Assembly (NCBI GenBank): GCA_963762635.1 | Contig: CAVXLQ010000022.1 | Coordinates: forward strand, 150,154 to 174,153 | Direction of reading: 5' to 3' | Length of the DNA stretch: 24,000 nt | Source of the DNA: an uncultured Actinomycetota bacterium | GTDB lineage: Bacteria; Actinomycetota; Actinomycetes; Propionibacteriales; Actinopolymorphaceae | Shown: piece by piece, positions 16,901 through 24,000 of the stretch | Position numbering within the stretch: the first letter of the stretch is position 1 | Layout of the letters: every line of letters begins with the position of its first letter | The notes under the pieces: generated by a model | Told to the model about the DNA's origin: nothing | Databases searched by the model: none | Seen by the model: the letters and a program-made list of their open reading frames with translations, nothing else | Translations under genes and position numbers: made by a program

Positions 16901-17428
16901 GACCTCATCGTGCTGTCCGAGTCGGGTGCGGAGCGCTGTCGGTTCACGTTCCCGCGGCAACGTCGCGACCGGCACCTGTGCCTGGCGGACTTCTTCCGGC
17001 CGGAGGAGTCGGGCGAGGTGGACGTCGTCGGCTTCACGATCGTGACGGCCGGGTCGCGGATCTCGGAGGAGACCGCGAAGCTGTTCGCCTCGAACTCCTA
17101 CCGCGAGTACCTGGAACTGCACGGCCTCTCGGTCCAGCTGGCCGAGGCGTTGGCGGAGTACTGGCACGCACGGATCCGCGCCGAGCTCGGTTTCGCCGGC
17201 GAGGACTCGGCGGAGCTGGACGACATCCTCAAGCTGGGCTACCGAGGAGCCCGCTTCTCCCTGGGCTACGGCGCCTGCCCCAACCTCGAGGACCGGGCCA
17301 AGATCGTCGACCTGCTGAAGCCGGAACGCCTGGGCGTCACGCTCTCGGACGAGTTCCAACTGCACCCCGAACAGTCCACCGACGCGATCGTCATTCACCA
17401 CCCCGAGGCCAAGTACTTCAATACCTGA
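13970..17428 (+). CDS. metH: Cobalamin-dependent methionine synthase
   Basis: Hcy-binding domain (ADGAMGTMLQ, GGCCGTTPEH), pterin-binding domain (GERTNANGS), B12 domain (GDVHDIGKN, a DxHxxG motif) and the AdoMet reactivation domain. The likely start is GTG at 13970, after a GAGGGGAGA Shine-Dalgarno. The track ORF begins at 13940. Confidence 0.95.
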   Translation: MPATAAELRRALSERVVVADGAMGTMLQAYDLGLDDFEGHEGCNEILNVTRPDVVKAIHRAYFDVGVDLVETNTFGANLANLGEYGITDRIYELSVSGARLAREVADEYGKWALGSIGPGTKLPTLGHVPFATLRDAYQEEVRGLIDGGVHAVIVETAQDLLQAKAAVVGAKRAIKEADEEITLIVSVTVETTGTLLLGSEIGAALTALEPIGIDLIGLNCATGPAEMSEHLRYLAKHARVPLSCMPNAGLPELTSDGASYPLTPRELADAHDHFTRDYGLSLVGGCCGTTPEHLRLVVERVGGREITRRRPRHEPGTSSLYQHVPFRQDISYLAIGERTNANGSKAFREAMIAGRWDDCVDIARAQIRDGSHVLDLCVDYVGRDGVADMREAAARLATASTLPIMLDSTEPPVIEAGLEMFGGRCTINSVNFEDGEGPESRFGQVMPIVREHGAAVVALTIDEEGQARTADTKVAIAHRLIETLTGQWGMDESDILVDTLTFTLATGQEESRRDGIETIEAIRKLKQEHPNVQTVLGLSNISFGLNPAARQVLNSVFLAECVKAGLDSAIVHASKILPISRIPDEQRQVALDLVYDRRREGYDPLQELLEIFADVKTSDTKASRQQELAALPLGERLRRRIIDGEGNGLEADLSEALGNGRPALDIVNDDLLDGMKTVGELFGRGEMQLPFVLQSAEVMKTAVAFLEPHMEKTDDDGKGTIVLATVKGDVHDIGKNLVDIILSNNGYNVVNLGIKQPINHILEAAEQHRADAIGMSGLLVKSTVVMKENLEEINVRGTAGRFPVLLGGAALTRAYVEEDLARVYDGEVRYARDAFEGLRLMDAVMNVKRGVPGAALPELRQRRVRTSQLRETPAEAMPSRSDVAVDNPVPTPPFWGDRVVKGIPLADYASMLDERATFMGQWGLRAARGADGPSYEELVETEGRPRLRALLDRMQTENLLQSGVVYGYFPCVSKGDDLIVLSESGAERCRFTFPRQRRDRHLCLADFFRPEESGEVDVVGFTIVTAGSRISEETAKLFASNSYREYLELHGLSVQLAEALAEYWHARIRAELGFAGEDSAELDDILKLGYRGARFSLGYGACPNLEDRAKIVDLLKPERLGVTLSDEFQLHPEQSTDAIVIHHPEAKYFNT

Positions 17429-17450
17429 CCCACTGACAGGATGTCGGTCG

Positions 17451-18674
17451 ATGACCCACTTTCGACCGATCCTCGCGGTCTGCCTCGGCCTCCTCGCTGT
17501 CGCCGCGTCTGCCTGTAGCAAGGACATCGCCGCGCCTGAGGAGCTGCGGGGGTGGACGAGGACCGAGCTGTACAGCCACAGCGACGTCGTCGACTTCGAC
17601 CGGGTCGCCGCCGGGAGTGATGGGCAACGTGCGGCGTGGTTGACGAGATCGCGCGGGAAGACCGACGAGCTCACCGTGACGCAGTGGGGGCCCTCGAACG
17701 AGCCGCACTGGAGCGAGCTGGAGCTGCCGAAGGGCGTCACCGGCAACCGGGTCGTTCCCGCGGCGATCGCGGTGGATCGCCAAGGCTGGACCGCGGTCGC
17801 CGAGCAGCGGACCAACGCCGGCGGGGTCGAGGAGCTCGTCGCCTGGTCCGGCCCGTCCAGGAGTCCGGCCGCGCCCGTCAAGCTGACCCTGCCCGAGGGG
17901 CAGGTCGTGTCCCGCACGCTCGCCGCCGGCCGGTCCGCGCAGGTGGCAGCCGTTCTCGCCCTCACCGGCCGACCGTCAGCGGGCGAGCAGGGCCTGCCGG
18001 AAGCGAGCAGCCTCGTGCTGTGGACTGCTCCGATCGGTGCCGGCGGACCGATCGAAGCCGGCGCCTGGAAGCGAACCGAGCCCGACCTCGGCACGCGGCT
18101 GCCGATCAAGACCGCGGCCATCGTCGGCGCCGGGAACGACGGACTGGTCCTCGCCGCCACGACCCGAGACAAGGTCGCACACCTCTGGACGTCGGCGGAC
18201 GGCCAGGCCTGGAAGCCGCTGGACGGCGACGTACCGAAGGACGTGGCGGAGGTCGAGCTGCTGGCCCCGCTCGGCGACGGCTCGGCGCTCGTCTCCTGGG
18301 CGACCGAGGGGTTCAACCGTTCCGCACAGGTGTGGCGGCTCGACGACGGCAAGCTGACGGACGCCGGAACCGTCGCAGGTACGGCAGAGGGCCAGACGAT
18401 CGACCTCCGGACCGCGACGCTCGTCGGCGATCGACTCGTCGTCGGCGGAGCAGCCGTTCAGCAGAGCACCTGGACGCCGCTCGTCCAGACGCGAAACGAC
18501 GAGGGCGAGTGGGTCGCGAGCGACCTACCCGACCTCGTCGGTCACCTCGACTGGTCCGTCGAAGCCCTCGCCGCACAAGGCGACGACAGCATGGGCGCGG
18601 TGATGTCCAGCGTCCCGTTCCACATCGACGTCTCGACCTGGACCTGGCGCCGGCCGACCGACCAACGCCCCTAG
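17451..18674 (+). CDS. Lipoprotein of unknown function, probable beta-propeller (Asp-box)
   Basis: Signal peptide plus lipobox MTHFRPILAVCLGLLAVAASAC-S. WTSADGQAWKP fits the SxDxGxxW Asp-box (BNR) motif. W/G-rich strand-like segments recur. Confidence 0.65.
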   Translation: MTHFRPILAVCLGLLAVAASACSKDIAAPEELRGWTRTELYSHSDVVDFDRVAAGSDGQRAAWLTRSRGKTDELTVTQWGPSNEPHWSELELPKGVTGNRVVPAAIAVDRQGWTAVAEQRTNAGGVEELVAWSGPSRSPAAPVKLTLPEGQVVSRTLAAGRSAQVAAVLALTGRPSAGEQGLPEASSLVLWTAPIGAGGPIEAGAWKRTEPDLGTRLPIKTAAIVGAGNDGLVLAATTRDKVAHLWTSADGQAWKPLDGDVPKDVAEVELLAPLGDGSALVSWATEGFNRSAQVWRLDDGKLTDAGTVAGTAEGQTIDLRTATLVGDRLVVGGAAVQQSTWTPLVQTRNDEGEWVASDLPDLVGHLDWSVEALAAQGDDSMGAVMSSVPFHIDVSTWTWRRPTDQRP

Positions 18675-19669
18675 GGCTGGTGGTCTGCGGGTACGCCCTC
18701 GTCGGCCGGCGGAGGCGGGGGAGGCGTGCCGTCGCCGAACGGGCGACCGCCCAGGCGTTCGCGGTCGTGCGGCGTGACCCACCCCGAGAGATCAGGCCCG
18801 GCCGGCACGATCCCCGTCGGGTTGATGCCCGTGTGCACCACGTAGTAGTGCCGCTTGATGTGGTCGAAGTCGACGGTGTCGCCGAAGCCAGGCGTCTGGT
18901 AGAGGTCCCGCGCGTACGCCCACAGCACCGGCAGCTCGGTCAGCTTCTGCCGGTTGCACTTGAAATGTCCGTGGTAGACCGCGTCGAAGCGCACCAGCGT
19001 CGTGAACAGCCGGACGTCCGCCTCGGTGATCGTGTCGCCCACCAGATACCGCTGCGACCTCAGCCGGTCCGACAACCAGTCGAGCCGCGAGAACAGCGGG
19101 TCGTACGCCGCCTCGTACGCCTCCTGTGAGCTCGCGAAGCCGGCCCGATAGACGCCGTTGTTCACGTCTCGATAGACGACCGCGTTGACCTCGTCGATCT
19201 CGTCGCGCAGCTCCTTCGGATACAACAAGGGCGCCCCGGGCCGGTGGTACGCGGTCCACTCCGTCGATAGATCCAGCGTGATCTGGGAGTAGTCGTTCGT
19301 CACGACTTGTCCGCTCGGTACGTCGACCATGGCCGGCACCGTGATGCCGCGTTCGTAGTCGGGGTAGCGCGCGAAGAAGGCCTCCTGCAGCCGCTCGATG
19401 CCGAGCACGGGGTCGCGGCCGCCGGGATCGAGGTCGAACCTCCAGCTCCGCTCGTCGTGCGTCGGCCCCGCGATCCCCATCGACAGCACGGACTCCAGCC
19501 CGAGCAGCCGTCGGACGATCACCGCGCGGCTCGCCCACGGGCAGGCACGACTGACGACGAGCCGGTAGCGACCAGGCTCGACGGGCCAGTCGTCCCCGTC
19601 GGCCGTGATGCGGTCGGTGAGGTAGTTCGAATCGCGCTGGAACTCGCCAGTGGACGCCATGTTTTTCAT
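18671..19669 (-). CDS. Xi-class glutathione transferase / glutathionyl-hydroquinone reductase (YqjG/ECM4-like)
   Basis: YRLVVSRACPWASRAVIV (CPWA active site), NNGVYRAGFASSQEAYE, TEADVRLFTTLVRFDAVYHGHFKCN and DFDHIKRHYY align along the full length to E. coli YqjG as remembered. The start is ATG at 19669 or 19660. The track ORF extends to 19693. Confidence 0.88.
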   Translation of the reverse strand: MKNMASTGEFQRDSNYLTDRITADGDDWPVEPGRYRLVVSRACPWASRAVIVRRLLGLESVLSMGIAGPTHDERSWRFDLDPGGRDPVLGIERLQEAFFARYPDYERGITVPAMVDVPSGQVVTNDYSQITLDLSTEWTAYHRPGAPLLYPKELRDEIDEVNAVVYRDVNNGVYRAGFASSQEAYEAAYDPLFSRLDWLSDRLRSQRYLVGDTITEADVRLFTTLVRFDAVYHGHFKCNRQKLTELPVLWAYARDLYQTPGFGDTVDFDHIKRHYYVVHTGINPTGIVPAGPDLSGWVTPHDRERLGGRPFGDGTPPPPPPADEGVPADHQP

Positions 19670-19798
19670 CGTCCCCGATCGCGCGACGATCACACACTGT
19701 GAGTCCGGTCACCACGATGGGACACGGAAGGTTACGGCGAGGTAAACTCCGGGGTCGGCAGCGTGCCGAAACCCCCATCTTCTTCAGGGAGCGTCCGC

Positions 19799-22700
19799 TT
19801 GACCGCTGCCGTTCACGAGTCATTCCCGCTTGCGCCCGAGAACCTCCTGCTCGACCCCGCCGTGTTCACTGCCGGCGACGCTCCCGCGCCGCGGACGCTG
19901 CTGGACATCCTCGACGACACCGTGCGCCGGTACCCGACCGCGGACGCGATCGACGACGGCCGCTCAGTACTGACCTACCGCCAGCTCGCCGCCGAGATCC
20001 GCGTGCTCGAGGCGAGGCTGCGCGGCATGGGCATCGGCACCGGTGACCGCGTCGGCATCCGGGTCCCCTCCGGAACGGTCGACCTGTACGTCGCGATCCT
20101 CGGCACGCTCGCCGCCGGCGCCGCGTACGTCCCCGTCGACGCCGAGGACCCCGACGAGCGCGCCGAGCTGGTCTGGGCCGAGGCCGACGTGGCCGCCGTG
20201 GTCGGCGCGCGAAACACGATCGAGGCCAAGCGCACCCCGACCGGTGAGACCAGCCGGCGCCCGGGCCCGGACGACGACGCGTGGATCATCTTCACCTCCG
20301 GTTCGACCGGCAAGCCCAAGGGCGTCGCGGTCACCCATCGCAGCGCGGCCGCGTTCGTCGACGCCGAGGCGCGCCTGTTCCTCACCGAGGAGCCGATCAA
20401 CCCGAGCGACCGCGTCCTCGCCGGCCTGAGCGTCGCCTTCGACGCCTCCTGCGAAGAGATGTGGCTCGCCTGGCGCAACGGCGGCTGCCTCGTGCCCGCA
20501 CCGCGCAGCCTCGTCCGTACCGGCATGGACCTCGGCCCCTGGCTGGTCGAGCAGCGCATCACCGTCGTCTCGACCGTTCCGACGCTGGCCGCGCTGTGGC
20601 CGATCGAGGCGCTCGACGACGTACGGCTGCTGATCTTCGGCGGCGAGGCCTGCCCGCCCGAGCTGGCCGAACGGATGGCCGTCGAGGGCCGCGAGGTCTG
20701 GAACACCTACGGTCCCACCGAGGCCACCGTCGTGGCCTGCGCGACGCAGCTCACCGGCGAGGGTCCGATCCGCATCGGCCTCCCACTCGACGGTTGGGAG
20801 CTCGCGGTCGTGGGCAAGGACGGCGCGCTCGCGCAGCTCGGCGAGGAAGGCGAGCTGGTCATCGGCGGAGTCGGTCTCGCCCGCTATCTCGACCCGATCA
20901 AGGACGCCGAGAAGTTCGCGTCGCTTCCCGCGCTCGGCTGGGACCGCGCGTACCGGAGCGGCGACGTCGTACGCGCCGAGGCCGAGGGCCTGATCTTCGT
21001 CGGCCGCGCCGACGAGCAGGTGAAGCTCGGCGGCCGCCGGATCGAGCTCGGCGAGGTCGACGCGGCCCTGCAGGCGCTGCCGAACGTCGCCGGTGCCGCC
21101 GCGGCGGTGAAGCTGACGAGGTCCGGCAGCCAGCTGCTCGTCGGGTACGTGGTCCCGGCCGGCGACTTCGACCAGAACGCCGCCGTCGCCGCTCTCCGCG
21201 ACAGCCTCCCCGCCGCGATCGTCCCGCTGATCGCGGTCGTCGACACGCTGCCGACGCGGACGTCCGGCAAGGTCGACCGCAACGCGCTGCCCTGGCCGCT
21301 CGCGCAGTTCGACACCGGAGCGGTCGCGACCGGCCTCACCGGCACGCTGTCTTCCCGCACCCAGTGCTGGCTGTCGGAGAAGTGGGCCGACGTGATCGGC
21401 ATCCCGCCGGCCAGCCCGACCGCCGACTTCTTCGCCAGCGGCGGCTCGAGCCTGACCGCGGCGCGGCTGGTCTCGCTCGTCCGTACGCGGTTTCCGACCG
21501 TCTCGGTCAGCGACATCTACCAGCGCCCCACGCTCGAGGCGCTCGCCGCCAAGCTCGACGAGCTCAGCGAGCTCACCACGGCCGTACGCGAGAACGCACC
21601 GACGCCGCGGCGCGCCGGCATCCTGCAGACGCTGCTGATGCTCCCGCTCTACACCGTCGTCGGCCTGCGTTGGGCCGTCGTCCTCGCCGCCCTCAACAAC
21701 GTGCTCGCGTTGACCGGCACCTCCACGTTCGCGCCGACCGTCTCGTGGTGGTGGGTGCTCGCCGGCTGGGCCGCTTTCCTCAGCCCTGTCGGGCGAATCG
21801 CCATCGCGGCCGGTGGCGCGCGGCTGCTGCTGCGCGGCGTACGGCCCGGCACGTACCCGCGTGGCGGCAGCGTGCACCTGCGGCTCTGGACCGCCGAGAA
21901 GCTCGCCGAGCTGTCCGGTGCGACGAACCTTTCCGGCGCGTTCCTCACCTACTACGCCCGCGCGCTCGGCGCGAAGATCGGCGAGGACGCCGACCTGCAC
22001 GCGCTGCCGCCGATGACCGGAATGCTCAAGCTGGGTAGGGGATCGGCCATCGAACCCGAGGTCGACCTCGCCGGCCACTGGCTCGACGGCGACCGGCTGC
22101 ACCTCGGCCGGATACGCGTCGGCGCCGGCGCGACCGTGGGCGCACGCAGCACGCTGCTGCCCGGTGCCCGCGTCGGCAAACGTGCCGAGATCGCGCCCGG
22201 ATCCTGCGTGACCGGCTCGGTTCCCGCCAGCCAACGCTGGTCCGGCGTCCCCGCGACGAAGACCGGCAAGCCGCACCGCTGGCCCGAGGTGCGCCCGGCC
22301 CGGACTCGGCGCTGGACGTTCGCGTACGGGTTCGCCGCACTCCTGCTCGACCTGCTGCCCGCGATCGCCGGCATCCCGTCGCTGTTCATCCTCGCGTCGT
22401 TCGTCGCCGGCGCGCCGAACCTCGGCGACGCCGTCGTGAGCGCGCTGCTCGCCGTCCCGTTCGCGACGATCGCCTGGATGGTGACGTACGCGGGGCTGAT
22501 CCTGCTCGGCGTCCGGCTGTTCGGGATCGGACTGCGTGGCGGCTACCACCCGGTGCACGGCCGGGTCGCGTGGCAGGCGTGGGCGACCGAGCGCCTGATG
22601 AACATGGCGCGAACCGGGCTTTTCCCCTTGTACGCAAGCTCGTTCACGCCGATCTGGCTGCGCGCACTCGGCATGAAGGTCGGCCGCGACGTCGAGGCGT

Positions 22701-23689
22701 CGACCGTGCTGGCGCTGCCGTCGATGACGACGGTAGGCGACGGCGCGTTCCTCGCCGACGACACGATGGTCGCGTCGTACGAGCTCGGCGGCGGCTGGCT
22801 GCGGATCGAGGCGGCGCGCGTCGGCAAGAGGGCGTTCCTCGGCAACTCGGGCATGACCGCGGCGGGTCGTTCGGTGCCGAACCGCGGCCTGGTCGGCGTG
22901 CTGTCCGCGGCGCCGAAGCGCGCGAAGAAGGGCACGTCGTACCTCGGCATGCCGCCGATCAAGCTGCCGCGTTCGGCGGAGGAGTCGGACCAGTCCCGGA
23001 CGTTCGCGCCGCCGGCGAAGCTGCGGGTCGCGCGGGCTCTCGTCGAGCTGGCGCGGATCTTTCCGGTGATGGCGACGTTGGCGATCGCGGTGCTGGCACT
23101 CGGCGCTCTGGAGGCCGTGGCGAACGCGTACGGCTTCCTGTTCGCCGGGCTCGTGTCGGGCGGTGTCCTACTGACCGGCGGGTTGGTCGCCTGCCTGCTC
23201 GCGATCGCCGCGAAGTGGCTGCTGGTCGGGCGGTTCCGGACGAGTGAGAAGCCGTTGTGGAGCGCGTTCGTCTGGCGGAACGAGCTGGCCGACACGTTCG
23301 TCGAGGTGCTCGCGGTGCCGTGGCTGGTCGGTGCGGTCGGCGGCAGCCCGCTGATGAACGTGTGGCTGCGCGGTCTGGGCGCCCGGATCGGCCGGGGTTC
23401 GTGGAACGAGTCGTACTGGCTGCCCGAGGCGGATCTGATCTCGATCGGCGCCGGCGCGACCGTGAACCGAGGGTGCGTGGTGCAGACACACCTGTTCCAT
23501 GATCGAATCATGCGAATGGACACGGTGGTTCTGGACGAGGGCGCGACGCTCGGTCCGCACGGCATCGCTCTCCCGGGCGTGCGCGTCGGTGCGCGGACGA
23601 CGATCGGCCCGGCGTCGTTGGTGATGCGCGGTGAGACCGTTCCGGCGGCGACCCGGTGGTTGGGGAACCCGATCGCCGCCTGGCGGTGA
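19799..23689 (+). CDS. Pls/PosA-family single-module NRPS (epsilon-poly-L-lysine synthetase-like membrane enzyme)
   Basis: A domain: FTSGSTGKPKG, FDAS, NTYGPTE, GELVIGG, YRSGD, GRADEQVKLGGRRIELGE, SGKVDR. T domain: FFASGGSSL, with Ser at 21449-21451. There is no classical C or TE domain. Instead there are six hydrophobic TM segments interleaved with three tandem, related soluble domains with hexapeptide-like repeats. The preferred start is TTG at 19799 (AGGGAG Shine-Dalgarno 7 nt upstream). The track start, GTG at 19763, is followed by poor-GC3 codons. Confidence 0.88.
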   Translation: MTAAVHESFPLAPENLLLDPAVFTAGDAPAPRTLLDILDDTVRRYPTADAIDDGRSVLTYRQLAAEIRVLEARLRGMGIGTGDRVGIRVPSGTVDLYVAILGTLAAGAAYVPVDAEDPDERAELVWAEADVAAVVGARNTIEAKRTPTGETSRRPGPDDDAWIIFTSGSTGKPKGVAVTHRSAAAFVDAEARLFLTEEPINPSDRVLAGLSVAFDASCEEMWLAWRNGGCLVPAPRSLVRTGMDLGPWLVEQRITVVSTVPTLAALWPIEALDDVRLLIFGGEACPPELAERMAVEGREVWNTYGPTEATVVACATQLTGEGPIRIGLPLDGWELAVVGKDGALAQLGEEGELVIGGVGLARYLDPIKDAEKFASLPALGWDRAYRSGDVVRAEAEGLIFVGRADEQVKLGGRRIELGEVDAALQALPNVAGAAAAVKLTRSGSQLLVGYVVPAGDFDQNAAVAALRDSLPAAIVPLIAVVDTLPTRTSGKVDRNALPWPLAQFDTGAVATGLTGTLSSRTQCWLSEKWADVIGIPPASPTADFFASGGSSLTAARLVSLVRTRFPTVSVSDIYQRPTLEALAAKLDELSELTTAVRENAPTPRRAGILQTLLMLPLYTVVGLRWAVVLAALNNVLALTGTSTFAPTVSWWWVLAGWAAFLSPVGRIAIAAGGARLLLRGVRPGTYPRGGSVHLRLWTAEKLAELSGATNLSGAFLTYYARALGAKIGEDADLHALPPMTGMLKLGRGSAIEPEVDLAGHWLDGDRLHLGRIRVGAGATVGARSTLLPGARVGKRAEIAPGSCVTGSVPASQRWSGVPATKTGKPHRWPEVRPARTRRWTFAYGFAALLLDLLPAIAGIPSLFILASFVAGAPNLGDAVVSALLAVPFATIAWMVTYAGLILLGVRLFGIGLRGGYHPVHGRVAWQAWATERLMNMARTGLFPLYASSFTPIWLRALGMKVGRDVEASTVLALPSMTTVGDGAFLADDTMVASYELGGGWLRIEAARVGKRAFLGNSGMTAAGRSVPNRGLVGVLSAAPKRAKKGTSYLGMPPIKLPRSAEESDQSRTFAPPAKLRVARALVELARIFPVMATLAIAVLALGALEAVANAYGFLFAGLVSGGVLLTGGLVACLLAIAAKWLLVGRFRTSEKPLWSAFVWRNELADTFVEVLAVPWLVGAVGGSPLMNVWLRGLGARIGRGSWNESYWLPEADLISIGAGATVNRGCVVQTHLFHDRIMRMDTVVLDEGATLGPHGIALPGVRVGARTTIGPASLVMRGETVPAATRWLGNPIAAWR

Positions 23690-24000
23690 CGCCTAAACAG
23701 GGGGGAGCGGCGCGGTCGTCCGACCCGTACTTCCCCGAGCACGGCAACGGCGGCTACCGCGTCGCCCACTACGACCTGGAGCTCGACTACAAGCCGTTCC
23801 CCGGTCGGCTCGACGGGCGGGCTCGGATCACGGCGGTGGCGACGCAGGCGTTGGCTTCGTTCAGCCTCGACCTCGAGCAGTTCCGCGTCGCGCGCGTGGC
23901 GGTGAACGGGAAGCCGGCGAAGTTCACGCTCCGGTCCGGGAAGCTGACGGTGCGGCCCGGCCATGCGGTCAAGTCGGGTGCGGAGTTCGTGGTCGACGTT
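23686..24000 (+). CDS. M1-family metallopeptidase, N-terminal part (continues beyond window)
   Basis: The GTG at 23686 overlaps the NRPS stop (GTGA, 23686-23689). The translation ...SDPYFPEHGNGGYRVAHYDLELDYKPFPGRLDGRARITAVA...FSLDL...VARVAVNG is the typical N-terminal beta-domain of actinobacterial M1 aminopeptidase-like enzymes. The catalytic HEXXH lies outside the window. Confidence 0.75.
   Translation, partial: MTPKQGGAARSSDPYFPEHGNGGYRVAHYDLELDYKPFPGRLDGRARITAVATQALASFSLDLEQFRVARVAVNGKPAKFTLRSGKLTVRPGHAVKSGAEFVVDV

Noticed and set aside
13826-18352. A 1508-aa ORF on the minus strand
   Set aside because: It is antisense to metH, whose plus-strand frame has unmistakable family motifs. The minus translation is low-complexity (R/A/G/P/V-rich) with no motifs. 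This is the usual high-GC antisense ORF artefact.
19964-22558. An 864-aa ORF on the minus strand (plus several 200-600 aa ORFs in other frames)
   Set aside because: It is antisense or out of frame relative to the NRPS gene, which carries all the adenylation and thiolation core motifs. Its composition is Arg/Gly/Ala-rich and motif-free.

Overview
This is a very GC-rich actinobacterial chromosome segment. I used third-codon-position G/C bias and family motifs to pick real frames among the many long antisense ORFs. All family names come from motif recognition by eye; no searches were run.

Gene order:
- corA (5' part, minus strand).
- A 534-bp divergent intergenic region packed with palindromic repeats.
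- A conserved actinobacterial cassette: histidine phosphatase, DUF3090, SCO1664-family kinase-like protein and mshC (plus strand).
- A Tat-signal amidohydrolase (plus strand).
- A roughly 600-bp convergent intergenic region with more copies of the same palindrome family and a perfect 26-bp GATC-rich inverted repeat.
- hypE, hypD, hypC and hypF (minus strand, tightly coupled). No hypA, hypB or hydrogenase subunit genes are in the window.
- A divergent DUF6390-like gene whose C-terminal third looks HypC-like.
- An NTase-fold gene with a probable frameshift (minus strand).
- A PAC2-family gene (minus strand).
- metH (plus strand).
- An Asp-box lipoprotein (plus strand).
- A Xi-class GST / glutathionyl-hydroquinone reductase (minus strand).
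- A Pls/PosA-type single-module NRPS (A-T, six TM segments, three tandem C-terminal domains) with a lysine-like specificity code. It is joined by a GTGA overlap to an M1 metallopeptidase that runs off the 3' edge.

Best candidates for something undescribed:
1. The stand-alone HypFCDE cyanide/Fe-ligand module paired with the DUF6390/HypC-like protein.
2. The roughly 50-bp palindromic element family, which shows compensatory stem changes.
3. The uncharacterised phosphatase / DUF3090 / kinase-like trio next to mshC.
4. The poly-lysine-type synthetase and peptidase pair.
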